From Trypanosoma brucei (Eukaryota): a stretch of 64,000 nt of DNA. Positions 21,231-32,225 of this stretch are shown here, piece by piece. Position numbers and translations under genes: made by a program. Location: contig CH464491.1 in the NCBI GenBank assembly GCA_000002445.1, positions 2,016,001-2,080,000 of the forward strand, read 5' to 3'. The notes beneath the pieces were generated by a model that made no database searches, was not told the origin of the DNA, and saw nothing but the letters and a program-made list of their open reading frames with translations. Position 1 is the stretch's first letter. Each line of letters opens with the position of its first letter.

Positions 21231-21400
21231 TAATTTTCTTTTTTTTTTTTCTACCCTTCCCTTGCGCATTGTTGCAGGTCTATTATTATCACTGTGTTCT
21301 TTTTGCATCTTTTTGTTTTGTTATTCACCCATCTCTATTTACCCTTCCCTTTCCCCCTTCTTCCACATTCCTTTTTTTTACTGTGTAAGTGTCTACTAGG
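21231..21400 (+). promoter_or_regulatory. Extended pyrimidine-rich region upstream of the MFS transporter gene, with candidate trans-splice signals
   Basis: A T10 run followed by 'ctacccttcccttgcgcattgttgcag', then more than 100 nt of C/T-rich sequence (…ccttccctttcccccttcttccacattcctttttttt). Confidence 0.45.
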
Positions 21401-21568
21401 TGAGGCAGGGCGGTTCAAGAAGGAGGTGTGTATTTTCTTTCACTTTCCTACTTGTTTGCTTTTTTTTTATTCCTTACGGGGCAGGGCGAGGGGCATACAT
21501 ACAAAAAGTGACACAATTGCTGGATCGTGGTGGTGTCGGTTCCCCCTAGAGGAGAGGATCTATTCGCA

Positions 21569-23107
21569 ATGGAAAGACAATCTGATGAAGATATGCTCGT
21601 TGGCACCAACGATGAACCCGGAACGTGTAGGATGGTAATGAATGAGATCCTCGAACTGAGATGGCGTGCGCTCGTTGCCATATGTCTTCTCACCTTCGGC
21701 TCGTATTACGTTGTGGATTTTCCCGGTTCTATGGGCACTGGGAGTGGGAATACAATTGAACAGTATTTCCGAGACCACAATATGGAATACACTCAAGAAA
21801 TGAACCAATTGTTATATAGCGTATATTCATGGCCCAACACTGTACTTGCTTTCTTTGGTGGTTTGCTAATTGACAAGTATCTGGGAATCCGTACGGCTGC
21901 ATTGCTTTTCACATCGTTAGTTGTCTGTGGTTCTTTGCTGTTCTGGGTGGGATTGCGATTTACCTACTTTCCATTGATGGTGGGCTCCCGTGTTATACTG
22001 GGTATTGGAAGTGAATCTTTGGGTGTGGCCCAATCATCGTACGTGGCTCGTTGGTTCAAGAATACTCGCGGTGTTGCACTGGCGTTTGGCGTTACAATAA
22101 GCTTCTCACGTGTTGGTTCTTCGTTCAACTTCATATTCACCCCAACAATTGCTGAGTCTCTTGGAGTGGAGGTTGCAACCCTTGCTGGCGTTGCCATGTG
22201 CGGGGTGTCACTTCTTGCTTGCATAATTCTGGTAGTAGTTGATTTGTACGCGGTACGGACGAAATACATACGTGCTGAGCCATGTGATGACGAGGAAAGC
22301 GTGATGAAGCTTTCCGATGTGTTTCGGTTGCCTTTTACGTTCTGGGCACTCACTTTTATGTGCACCTTTTCCTATACCGCCATAATGCCCTTCATAAGTA
22401 TCGCGCGAAACTACTTCCAGGTTAAATACGACATTGATGGGACCCAAGCTGCCCTGTATATTTCCGCCTATCAGCTCTCAGCCGCCATCGGCTCACCTGT
22501 GATTGGTTCCATTGTTGGCGCTTTGGGACGTAACACACTGTGGCTGATACTCTCGTCCACTTTCATCGGTGTCTTTCATCTTGTACTACTCTTGACAAAC
22601 ATTCGTGGTGACCTGCTGATGGCGTCGTTGGGTGTTGTTTACAGTTTTCTCGTTTCCGGCTTGTGGCCATCTATTCCGTTGGCTGTGGAAGAGAACGTGG
22701 TGGGAGTGTCATATGGTGCCATGACATCCTTGCAGAACATTGGATTAGCAGTGTTCCCTCTAGTAGTTGGGAAGATTCTTGATGCTTATACTCCTGATCA
22801 TAACAGTAGCAGCATAATTGACCTGGCGTTTGACGCTGAGCTCCTCAACGGAAACAGTAATGCATCTGCTGACGGCCCACACCCAACTCTTGAGGGTTAT
22901 GAAGTGGCTGAACTAGTATTTATAGGATCAGCGGGTGTCGCCCTCTTGGCGTCTATGGCGGTGCTCATAGCGGACAAGTGCGGTAGGGGTATTCTCAGTG
23001 CTTCAGCGAAAAAGCGTGGACAAATGAAGGATGAAAAGCGGGAGAGCCTCCTGAATCATCTTCCCGAAGAGGAGAGGACTTTGGTATATTTGCATCGTGA
23101 GCCCTAG
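21569..23107 (+). CDS. Major facilitator superfamily (MFS) transporter
   Basis: The track start at 21527 is GTG; the first ATG is at 21569. About 12 predicted transmembrane helices. An MFS-signature-like loop 'GGLLIDKYLGIRTAAL' sits between TM2 and TM3. Long polypyrimidine region upstream (21231–21400). Confidence 0.75.
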   Translation: MERQSDEDMLVGTNDEPGTCRMVMNEILELRWRALVAICLLTFGSYYVVDFPGSMGTGSGNTIEQYFRDHNMEYTQEMNQLLYSVYSWPNTVLAFFGGLLIDKYLGIRTAALLFTSLVVCGSLLFWVGLRFTYFPLMVGSRVILGIGSESLGVAQSSYVARWFKNTRGVALAFGVTISFSRVGSSFNFIFTPTIAESLGVEVATLAGVAMCGVSLLACIILVVVDLYAVRTKYIRAEPCDDEESVMKLSDVFRLPFTFWALTFMCTFSYTAIMPFISIARNYFQVKYDIDGTQAALYISAYQLSAAIGSPVIGSIVGALGRNTLWLILSSTFIGVFHLVLLLTNIRGDLLMASLGVVYSFLVSGLWPSIPLAVEENVVGVSYGAMTSLQNIGLAVFPLVVGKILDAYTPDHNSSSIIDLAFDAELLNGNSNASADGPHPTLEGYEVAELVFIGSAGVALLASMAVLIADKCGRGILSASAKKRGQMKDEKRESLLNHLPEEERTLVYLHREP

Positions 23108-24017
23108 ACGCTTCGCAACGGAGGTCTTTTATTTTTCTTTTTTGTCGTGTGCCTGTCCTGTGGGGTAGTGCCGTGTTTTGGAAAAATCGGCGTATTAAGT
23201 TCATGAGAGAGACGAAGTGTGTGGAAGGGCCCACCTTGGGAATTAAGTGGAAAATGAATGTGATGGGGGATTTTTTTCTTTTCGTGCGCCTTTGCTTATC
23301 GCTATTCATCCTCCGCCGCGCAAGCAATAAGTCACGTCCGCTCCCTTTAAATGTAAGCACGCGCCTTGCGTCGGAGCGTAGAATGTGTGCGCGGGCGGAA
23401 ACTGTTCAAACAGCGGTATAACTTTTAAGTCCAGGAGTTTAGAAGAGGGAGATGTAACGGAGCGAAATGGAAGAGTTGGGGCACAGAGAGGACGGGGTCT
23501 GGAGCGGCTCTTACATTTTCCTCACTTTGTTGTTTCCCTTTTTATTTTGTCTGCTGTTCCGCCTTTGTTTCACTGTTTTTTAACAACGTAGCAAACTCCC
23601 TCCTTTTGTGGCACTTTAGTTTCACGTTGCCGGTTCGGTGGAAGCAACGTCAGGGTACCTTGACCTCCTGTCCTCTCCAATGATTTGCTCCCTCGTTTTT
23701 CTTTTTTTTCCCCCCCATCCCTTTTCATTACTTACTCTCTTCATCATATGCTCATTCCTTGACTTTATTCGCCACTTTACCCTCACACCACAACCTTTTC
23801 ACACCTTGCGAGTGTCTTTCTGTCTCAAGTGAGAAATTCCCCCCGTTCTCTGTTTTTCTTCGACTGAGGCTGTATTTGCCTTGGCAAAACTTTACGGTGC
23901 CGATGATGTTTCGTGGTTACTCATGTCTTTTGCATGTGTACATATGTAAATATACATGTATGTTATATTTTGACCTTTCTTTACTTTGATTTTCTACTTG
24001 GACAACAGTGTGTGCCG

Positions 24018-24818
24018 ATGCCTAGTAGGGCAGTTCTTCGAAAAAAGGCTCGACGCGAGTCAAAACGTCGGAAAGATGAAACTGAGGGCAAAACTACTGC
24101 CTTTAAGCTGCAGGCTATGGAGCAGTTAGGGAAGTCCCATAAGGCAGACGCCACAAAACATGTGGCCAGTGACCGGAAGGTGCAGTGCAATAAACGTCCG
24201 CGTGGGGAAACAGTGAAGGAAAAAGACACGGATGTCTGTGAGGTACTTGAGGGCGCTAGCCGAAAGGAACGTAAGCGATTCGAGGCAAAGCGGCGGTTTG
24301 AACGACAGCTGGGAGCGCTGAATCGGTCACTGGCAGCCGTAACTTCTAATACTGATGGAACTTCTAGGGATGCAGCGCCCTCTGCTGAGGAGGCACACCA
24401 ACGACATGATCCTAAATACAAAAACGGGACTTTCTGGCGGGATCGTAAGGAACGGCGAAGAAGAACCGTTTTCCTGGGTAATGTACCCGCTAAGCTAACC
24501 GAACAAGACGTTACCAGTCTTATTAGTGACACTTTGAGAAAAGGGTGGACACCACCTGAAGAGGATGGCATTGCTGATGTGGACGTGGTTATTGAAGAGG
24601 AAGTTGTGGAATCGGTGGATTTCATTAAGTCGATGCCCCGAGCGAAACGGCGTCACATGTATGTGACCATGTGCTCCATAAAGGCAGCTGAGTCTGCCAC
24701 TAAGCTGCTTGATGGGAAAATGATGGAGGGGATCGCATTGCGGTGCAATTTCGCTGCTGATAAAGTGCAGCGCGGCGAAGCAATTCAGAGGCGGTCGGCT
24801 TCTGGCAGCGAGCATTAG
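24018..24818 (+). CDS. Basic, RRM-like RNA-binding protein (possibly nucleolar)
   Basis: The track start at 23913 is GTG inside an AT-rich spacer. The plausible ATG is at 24018 (MPSRAVLRKKARRESKRRK...). Highly basic N-terminal half. RNP2-like 'RTVFLGNVPAKLTEQDV' and RNP1-like 'MYVTMCSIKAAESA' segments. Confidence 0.6.
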   Translation: MPSRAVLRKKARRESKRRKDETEGKTTAFKLQAMEQLGKSHKADATKHVASDRKVQCNKRPRGETVKEKDTDVCEVLEGASRKERKRFEAKRRFERQLGALNRSLAAVTSNTDGTSRDAAPSAEEAHQRHDPKYKNGTFWRDRKERRRRTVFLGNVPAKLTEQDVTSLISDTLRKGWTPPEEDGIADVDVVIEEEVVESVDFIKSMPRAKRRHMYVTMCSIKAAESATKLLDGKMMEGIALRCNFAADKVQRGEAIQRRSASGSEH

Positions 24819-25232
24819 TTTGTCACCACGTGGCGGAAGTCGGTAGGGGTGATGACGTTACTGAACCGAAAACGAGGATAAGTTAACAGTGCTCTTTCCG
24901 TTTTGTTTTCTGACCTTACGCTCGTTATGTGTAAGAAGGGATAATACGTGTAAAGCAGAGCGATGGTGGCAGTTGGGCATTTGTGTGCTTCCACATATGT
25001 CTTCTTCTTGCGATATTTACAGTCCCGCTGAGTTATCTTTCTTTTTTTATCCCTTTTTCTCTCGGTCGCTCCCTTCGGCGCAAGCTTCTGTGCTTTAAGA
25101 ACGAATATTAGGTAGTTACAGTAGCGGGGTTTGGACATCACATACACTGCATTTGTATTCTTTTTCCAACTAAACAAAGGTGTCGGGGTTGGAGGTGACA
25201 CGCCATTAAGGTACGTTGTGACAATAGTTCAA

Positions 25233-26477
25233 ATGAGCCGGTTGTTGTCTCCATCTGTCGCTCTGAGCGTAGAAAATGGTTTTGCTGATATTGGAGAATT
25301 CTGCGCCTCGTCACCTGATACTTCCTCATCAGTTTCCGAGTCTCTGGCATCGGCAGAACTTCCTCAGTTACATCAACAGCATAAACTGGGTGGGGTGGAT
25401 TTGAATGAAGTTGCTGATGAGCTTGAAGAAGAACTTGTTCTTTGCCTAAGCACCGGTTACTGCAACCTTTCACAGATGGGCTTTGTTACTACTCCCGCCA
25501 ACATTCCATATGAGTCCTTGGTTACCTTGTTACTATCGGGGAACCAAATTAAGGAAATATCTGAGAGTCTTTTTACAAATGGAAATTTCCAATTCCTCTG
25601 CAAGCTTGACTTGAGTTCTAACTGCTTGGAGTCGGTTCCGAAGTCTCTGTTCAAGTTGATGAAACTGGAGGTACTGCTGTTGGACCACAACAACATAACG
25701 AGGCTGCCGGTTTCTGTTGATGAACAAATTGGCAGTCAGCTTCTGCCAGCGCTTCAACGTATCGGTCTCGAATTCAACGACCTCAGTAGATTCCCTATTG
25801 AGCTCTTTAAGCATTGTCCCTCTCTGGAGGCAGTTTATCTGAGCCAGAATCTACGTATGCTAAACGAACCAGTTTCTGTGAAACAGCTCCTTCAAGCTGC
25901 AGCTGTGGAATCCAGTAAAGAGAACCACCGCGTTCTCCTTAAGGTGGACAACAAACCAGTTTTTGTTCAGCAAATGTACGACGAGAAGTGGGACGAGGTG
26001 CTCCCATGGTTGGACGTGGAGCTACATAAGATATATCCAGACAAGGTTTTGTCCTTTCTTTACCTTGGGTCTCTGCGTACGGCGCAAACTCCGCTCGTCT
26101 ATCGTGATCTTGATATAGGTTTCATATTGAGTGCCGGCCGGAATATGACAGTTCACGTGGAGTCCGGCATGAGACATCTTGTGCTTCCGATCGATGATCA
26201 TCCGGGGGAAAAGTTGCGACCCATTTTTGACATGGCATTTAACTTCATTGACGATGCGCGCGAGGAGGGAAAAGGGGTCCTGCTGCACTGTTTTGCGGGG
26301 TTATCCCGCTCTGTCACCATTGCGGTAGCTTATTTGATGAGTCGTTATAACTACAAGCGCGATGAGGCTATAGAGATGATAAGGAGGGTGCGCCCGTCGT
26401 CGCAACCGAACTCGGGGTTTATGGACATATTAGCACAGTATGAACAGGAACTAAACAATCAAAAGCATCATATGTAA
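25233..26477 (+). CDS. Leucine-rich-repeat dual-specificity phosphatase (kinetoplastid LRR-DUSP family)
   Basis: The track start at 25131 is TTG; the first ATG is at 25233. N-terminal leucine-rich repeats (LSGNQIKEISESLF..., LDLSSNCLESVPKSLF..., LLDHNNITRLP...). C-terminal DUSP catalytic loop 'VLLHCFAGLSRSVTIAVAYLM' (HCxxGxxRS). Confidence 0.8.
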   Translation: MSRLLSPSVALSVENGFADIGEFCASSPDTSSSVSESLASAELPQLHQQHKLGGVDLNEVADELEEELVLCLSTGYCNLSQMGFVTTPANIPYESLVTLLLSGNQIKEISESLFTNGNFQFLCKLDLSSNCLESVPKSLFKLMKLEVLLLDHNNITRLPVSVDEQIGSQLLPALQRIGLEFNDLSRFPIELFKHCPSLEAVYLSQNLRMLNEPVSVKQLLQAAAVESSKENHRVLLKVDNKPVFVQQMYDEKWDEVLPWLDVELHKIYPDKVLSFLYLGSLRTAQTPLVYRDLDIGFILSAGRNMTVHVESGMRHLVLPIDDHPGEKLRPIFDMAFNFIDDAREEGKGVLLHCFAGLSRSVTIAVAYLMSRYNYKRDEAIEMIRRVRPSSQPNSGFMDILAQYEQELNNQKHHM

Positions 26478-26865
26478 CATGAGGTGGTTGCATGTGTGTA
26501 GAACCGATCTGTTACCATCTCTCCCACCCAACAATTATACTTGGGGGGGGAAATGCATGAATTGGTAGAGACCTTGCCACCGAATTGGTAATAAGTTCGG
26601 TATGTTTGTGTTGGGGTGAGTTATTCGTGCTATCCCATTTTCTCATCTACGCAGCATGTCCTTGTGCATGCGTAGGAAACACGCCTATATATATATGTAG
26701 ATGTCCGTGGCTGTGGTATAGAACCCACGGCTGCGTTTTTTTGTTCCGTTTTTGTTCTCATAGTTTCAACTGTTTACTGATTTTTTTTTTGGTGTAAAAC
26801 AACATTGCCATCCATATATCTTGGCGGGTGTCGTAGCCATTCTGCGTCCGGTTGGCCCATTGCCC

Positions 26866-26868
<3 letters not shown>

Positions 26869-26905
<37 letters not shown>
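26869..26905. repeat. (AT)18 microsatellite
   Basis: Perfect AT dinucleotide run, read directly from the sequence. Confidence 0.95.
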
Positions 26906-26907
<2 letters not shown>

Positions 26908-27377
26908 CCTTCGTGTACAAACCTCTTCCACTTAAGAGTGAAGGATTTCCCCTGCGCACGTTTTTTTTCTTATTTATCTACGTTCTTCTATATAATTTTC
27001 GTTGTTCTGTGGCCCGCTTACGCACGGGCGAAGGAGGAGGGGTTAAGTCGACCATTATGTTGGATGGCGGTAGGCTCGCCTTTAACGTTGTTCTATTTTT
27101 TTAGTGTTTTCCCCCCTTTTATCAGTACTTTTCCATTTCCTTTTTTCAGAGCATATTAAGGTTTTTTTTCCCCATTTTTGTTGGAGACGGTGGTACCTGC
27201 TACTTTGCAGCACTGCGGTAAATGAGTACACAGCGTTGACGTAGTAATTCCCTTCTGCTTCTTCTCTTTCAGTTTGACATTCTTTCGGCCATACCTTTTA
27301 TCCCTTCTTTGCACTTCCATCTAAAACTTTTTGGCACCGTGTTGCGCATCAGCGGGGTTAATAAATAACAAGAAGAA

Positions 27378-28010
27378 ATGTCAACGCAGCTGGTTCGCGA
27401 GGTTATTTTCTCCTCCGTTGTTTGGACAGCGGGTGATTTTCTCGCTCAGTTTTTAGATGTCCATATCGATGCTGCGCGTCGCCGCGCCGCTGGTGAACCG
27501 AAAAGCGATCACCCCTCTGGAAAGCAAATGATAATAATGGTGGATCAACAAAGGTTGGGGTTTGCTGCCGTGTTTGGTGCCATTGTTGCGCCTGGGATGA
27601 TTCACTTTCGTGGCATATTAGCCCGTGTGGTAGGCTCGGCTCATGGCAATACATTGGCTGCCTTTTCTATTCTCACCGCTCAGCAGTTGTTTGCCACACC
27701 GCTCATGTTGCTGTTCTATCACAATAGTGCGACGATGGTTCGCGGCGGATTTACCGATCCAAGCTTTTTATCTGCTCACGAAACCAGCGTGATCGCAAGA
27801 CTGCGTGGCCGCTACGATGCCATGGCCGTGGAGCGGCGCATTGCGATTGATATTTTGCCCCAAACACTCCTCGCTTCCTGGTGTGTTTTCTTACCTCAGG
27901 TACTGCACAGTTATATGCGCGGGAGGTCTCTTAGAAGCCGTTACGCTGCTTGTCTGCACATTCCATGGCTCGCTTATGTATCGTACGTGCAGAGCACGAT
28001 GTTATTGTGA
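27378..28010 (+). CDS. Mpv17/PMP22-family membrane protein
   Basis: ATG at 27378. 210 aa with four predicted hydrophobic segments. N-terminal 'VVWTAGDFLAQ' matches the family's conserved start, consistent with a peroxisomal or mitochondrial inner-membrane protein. Confidence 0.65.
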   Translation: MSTQLVREVIFSSVVWTAGDFLAQFLDVHIDAARRRAAGEPKSDHPSGKQMIIMVDQQRLGFAAVFGAIVAPGMIHFRGILARVVGSAHGNTLAAFSILTAQQLFATPLMLLFYHNSATMVRGGFTDPSFLSAHETSVIARLRGRYDAMAVERRIAIDILPQTLLASWCVFLPQVLHSYMRGRSLRSRYAACLHIPWLAYVSYVQSTMLL

Positions 28011-28778
28011 ATGCACATGAACGGAATATAACTCGTGATGTGTATGTGGTGTATATGTCAATGTTGAGGGTGAGGTGGAGTGAGCTTGGTGGGAACCATT
28101 ATCGCTATTCCCCAAACGCGTATAATTCATTCATTGTGTACTGGGGAAAATAGTGGTGTGAGGCCACCTCCCGTTGCGCCACCGGTAGACAAAAAAAATG
28201 TGCTGATGAAGGAGGGTGGAAGGGATTCAGAAAGTAAAAGGATACCACATGAGAGGCGTGTGGTATTGAGAAAAGTGATTAGTTGGTGGGGAGCTGTCAA
28301 AGCGGTGGGTGGGCATCTTCATCTATTTTTTTTTTACGTTTGAGATAAATTTACGTTCGAATGGATGCATAAGTTTAACCACACACTCCAAGAGCGTGTG
28401 GTCTTACGTCCACGTTAATACTTTTGTCTTCCTCAGCGTGACACTTTACAAGTGTGGATGGCGTGACCATCCTCTACCTAAGGCGCATCTGGACGTCGAC
28501 ATCTATGCATACTTGAGTGTGCCACCTCTTCCTTTCCCTCTTGCTTTTGGTGCCATTTTCCCCATATTTTTTTTGTCTTGTAGCCGGACAAGTGTGAACT
28601 CGGATAGGGTTGCGCCTTCACCACAACAGTCACACACATTATCATAGCGACTACATCAGTCCTTGTTATTAGTTTTTTTTTTCACCGCTATACAATTGTC
28701 AGTTTTCTTAACGACGTCTTCGCAATCTGTAGTGCTTTAATATTTACACGCAGAACTACGCGTGGACGGTAGTAGTGG

Positions 28779-30458
28779 ATGCAAAGTTCCTCTGAGACGA
28801 TGGTTTCCTCTGCATCCCCATTATCGGTTGACGAACCCGATTTGTGGGATGCGAGTGAAATGCCAGTGGAGCTTTCAAGGCAGTTGGCAGTCGTAGAGGC
28901 AATATCCATAAAGTATGCCAACACGCAGTACGAGGGCTTTGGCTCCTTTCATTCAGAAAATGTAGAGGATGTTATAGGCATGGATGACAAAGAATATCGT
29001 CCTCCCTCACTTCCGTCCTTTGCTCGCAGGATCCTTTCCTCCACTGAGCTTCAGGAGATTCGGACTATGGGCGATAACGAGGCCAGAGAGGAAGAAATAA
29101 TGCAGCGCCCAGTTGCGAGATGTGACTTCGGGCGTGTGTTCCGCCGAGAGCATTTTGTGGTAACGCCTAAATTCGTGTTCCTCAACCACGGCGCCTTTGG
29201 TGGAGCGCTGCGCGGTGCATTAGAAGTTAAACACAGATTTGAGATGATGATGGAACATCAAGTAGTACAATACATGGACCGAATTCTGCTTCCACTTGCG
29301 TTGTACAGTGTCCGGAGGCTTGCAGAGTTTGTTAATGCGGACCCCAAACAAATAGTCATTGCGACAAACGCAACATTTATGTTGAATTCCGCCATGGAGT
29401 TAATTGAGAAGGATGACGTTGTTGCATACTTTGACACAGAGTATCTTTCCGTGTACAAGATGATGTACTTCCGATGCAAGAAAGTCGGTGCTTCTCTCCA
29501 TGAGGTTCCCTTACTGAAGTATTGGAATAACCCGGATATTATGGGTGATGACGAAGCTCTGACTCGTGAAATGTGCTCTAACCTGCCAGGAGGTTGTACA
29601 ACGGTTGTGGTTGATCACATCACGTCAACTACGGCCCTCCTCTTTCCGGTGTTCACGCACCTCATTCCGTCTCTGAAGCGCTGTGGCGTGAGGAAGGTTA
29701 TTGTTGACGGGGCTCATGCTCCACTCCAGGTGGACTTGGATTTTAAAGCACTTCCAGAGGAGTGTCAACCGAGCGTTTTCGTTGGTAATCTGCACAAATG
29801 GTGTTCTCTCCCTAAATCTGCTGGTTTCATGTGGGTGCACAGCACGCTAGTTGATTCCGTCCATCCTGTTGTGCTGTCACACGGGTCTGGTGACGGGCTC
29901 TTGTCGGAATTCATATGGGACGGCACCCGTGACCATAGTAGTTATCTTTGCATACCAGCTGTTATCGACTTTTGGTATGCTCAGGGACACAAGCGCGTGA
30001 GGGAGTATTGCATAGACTTGCTTCAGCAGGCAGCAGTGATGCTCTCGGAAAGTTTTGACACGAAACTTGTTAGCCGTCATTCACCATTTATGAGCCTGGT
30101 TGAACTACCGAAAGTGTTGCAAACTCCCAATGTAACACCAAGATACCTCCAGGACGTTCTACACGATGTGTACCGAGTGGAAGTGCCCGTGAAGAAGGTG
30201 GAGGGACGGCTGTATGTTCGAATCAGTGCTTTTGTTTATAATGAGCGTAGCGACTATGTGTATCTGCGTGAAGCCGTGTTGAGCATGAGCAGGAAGTTGG
30301 GTAGTATACTGATGCGAAAGGGAGTTTCGGGGAAAACGGAGGAGACTCCACCAGATAATCAAAAGGTTCTTAGTGACAAACATGTACGGGAAAAAACCGG
30401 CTGCGGGTTGTGCGGACTTAACTCCGTTTCAAAGAGGCGCAGGGGTTCACGGTTTTGA
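28779..30458 (+). CDS. Class V PLP-dependent aminotransferase-like protein (isopenicillin-N-epimerase / cysteine-desulfurase-like fold) with N- and C-terminal extensions
   Basis: ATG at 28779 (the alternative M8 would be 28800). 'FLNHGAFGG' near the domain start and the candidate PLP-lysine context 'VFVGNLHKWCSLPKSAGFMWV' are typical of class V enzymes. 559 aa. Confidence 0.7.
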   Translation: MQSSSETMVSSASPLSVDEPDLWDASEMPVELSRQLAVVEAISIKYANTQYEGFGSFHSENVEDVIGMDDKEYRPPSLPSFARRILSSTELQEIRTMGDNEAREEEIMQRPVARCDFGRVFRREHFVVTPKFVFLNHGAFGGALRGALEVKHRFEMMMEHQVVQYMDRILLPLALYSVRRLAEFVNADPKQIVIATNATFMLNSAMELIEKDDVVAYFDTEYLSVYKMMYFRCKKVGASLHEVPLLKYWNNPDIMGDDEALTREMCSNLPGGCTTVVVDHITSTTALLFPVFTHLIPSLKRCGVRKVIVDGAHAPLQVDLDFKALPEECQPSVFVGNLHKWCSLPKSAGFMWVHSTLVDSVHPVVLSHGSGDGLLSEFIWDGTRDHSSYLCIPAVIDFWYAQGHKRVREYCIDLLQQAAVMLSESFDTKLVSRHSPFMSLVELPKVLQTPNVTPRYLQDVLHDVYRVEVPVKKVEGRLYVRISAFVYNERSDYVYLREAVLSMSRKLGSILMRKGVSGKTEETPPDNQKVLSDKHVREKTGCGLCGLNSVSKRRRGSRF

Positions 30459-31275
30459 TTCGGGTATTTTGTAGCTGAGAGACAGCTCACTCCTTTTGAT
30501 GACCGTTTTAGTCATCTGTGTTGTAAAACACATGAAAGAATGGTCGTGTATTAGTGGTATGCTATGCTTTTGTTTTGTTTTATTATTTTTTTTCCTTGTT
30601 TCATCCTCCCCCGTCCTGTGTTCTCGTTTTCTTCCATCGGTAGTGGTGCTTCCCTTTTGGAGGCTCGCTTTTACCCCCTTTTGGCATTATTTTTATCGTT
30701 GGTATCGTTCATCCATGTTTATTTCACGTATCGGCATAATTCCACACACCAACCCACAATTGTGTATTCGCGCACGGATCCAACGGATTGTAACGCTATT
30801 AGTTAGTGGAAAAGGGGGGTCAATTAAATAACAAATGCGCCTGAGGAAGAAACGAATGATGATATATACATATATATCAGAAGAGATGAACTAATCCGAT
30901 AAACCTTTAATTTTTAATCATCATGATACCGGCGCGCGCACTCTACCTGTTTTGTATTTACTGGGGAGAGAGGGAGGGAGGGGGGAAGGGGGAAAAGGGG
31001 CCGGAAAAAACCGCTGCATACTTCCCGGACTTGTTTGTTTCCTTTTCCTACCCAGTCCCACCACCGTCGCGGAGCTGAACTATCTTGGTGTGGACTCGTT
31101 CAGCTACAGACGCATGTGCTTACTTGCATTTGAGGTACATATATCCATTATTCTTTTTTCACTTCGCCATCAATTCAAACTATCTTCTCACCTGTAACTT
31201 CATAATTTAATGGAAGATAAGGGGTATTACTTACGAACAGAAGGGAGTAACCGAGAAGTTGAACACAAAAAGGGT

Positions 31276-31707
31276 ATGCCGCCAACTAAAGGAGGAAAGC
31301 GTCCGCTCCCACTCGGTGGAAAGGGAAAGGGCAAACGCCCACCCGGTCAGACAACAAAGTCATCAAGCAGCAGGAAGAAGAGTGGCGCTCGTCGCGGAAA
31401 GAAACAACAACGTTGGGATTTATACATCCACCGAACTCTCCGTCAAGTTTACAAGCGCGGCACGCTCTCCAAGGCTGCCGTCCGCGTCCTATCATCCTTC
31501 ATTGAAGACATGTACGGGAAAATTCAGGCTGAGGCGGTTCATGTGGCGTGTATTAACAACGTAAAGACTCTTACTGCTCGTGAAATTCAAACATCCGCGA
31601 GGTTGCTTCTTCCACCAGAACTGGCAAAGCACGCCATGAGTGAGGGCACAAAGGCAGTCGCCAAATACAACGCGTCACGCGAGGAGGCGTACTCCAAGGT
31701 ACTGTAG
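31276..31707 (+). CDS. H2BV: Histone H2B variant (H2BV-like)
   Basis: Histone fold 'RWDLYIHRTLRQVYKRGTLSKAAVRVLSSFIEDMYGKIQAEAVHVACINNVKTLTAREIQTSARLLLPPELAKHAMSEGTKAVAKYN' with a K/G/R-rich N-tail 'MPPTKGGKRPLPLGGKGKGKRPPG'. Start placed at the ATG at 31276, giving 143 aa. The track's upstream ATG at 31210 would add 22 non-histone-like residues. The sequence diverges from canonical H2B in the way the trypanosome variant does. Confidence 0.85.
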   Translation: MPPTKGGKRPLPLGGKGKGKRPPGQTTKSSSSRKKSGARRGKKQQRWDLYIHRTLRQVYKRGTLSKAAVRVLSSFIEDMYGKIQAEAVHVACINNVKTLTAREIQTSARLLLPPELAKHAMSEGTKAVAKYNASREEAYSKVL

Positions 31708-32199
31708 AGCATATATTCAAGATACAAAGGAAATAGATCATTTTCCTTTCCTTCTTGTTTCCTCCCTTCCTGTATTTGTGAGTTTTTTTTAATTTTCTGT
31801 TGATTACTCACCGCTTTTGTTGTTGTCGTTGTCGCCCGTTTGGTTGCTCGAGATCATCATTTTTGTTTCCCACTTCGTGCCAGGAGGTCTTACATTCCTT
31901 TTGTTGTTTTGTTATTTGCATTTCCCAACCCTGCCTCTCCACACCTGCGAAAAGAAAAAAAAATGCACTGAAAAGGGAGGGGATTAGCCGTAACATTAGA
32001 AACATAGACCGTGCAATGTTTGAGAAGGGCGCGGAAGGAGAGGAGGAACTGGCAGAAATGGGAAGAAAAAGATTTCGAGCGGTTGTCTAAAGGGGTGGAA
32101 GAGGAGGGAAATACCGGCGTACTTAATGCAGCTGCACACGTATACGCCTATACATTTGTTGGAAGAAAAAATTATATATTTAGATATGTGTGTTTGTGT

Positions 32200-32225
32200 T
32201 TGTGTGTGTGCATTTGTACGTTGTG
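32200..32225. repeat. Imperfect (GT)/(GTTT) microsatellite
   Basis: The run 'gtgtgtttgtgtttgtgtgtgtgcatttg'. A nearby imperfect (CA)n run lies at about 32382–32402. Confidence 0.8.

Noticed and set aside
26805-27159. Two overlapping ORFs of about 100 aa spanning the (AT)18 microsatellite.
   Set aside because: The translations are repeat-derived (IYIYIYIYIY) and T-rich, and they cross a simple-sequence repeat. Not coding.
30496-30831. ORFs of 80–111 aa just downstream of the aminotransferase gene.
   Set aside because: Translated T-rich sequence (LLFFFLVSSSPVLCSRFL…) with no flanking splice-signal logic. Probably 3' UTR.
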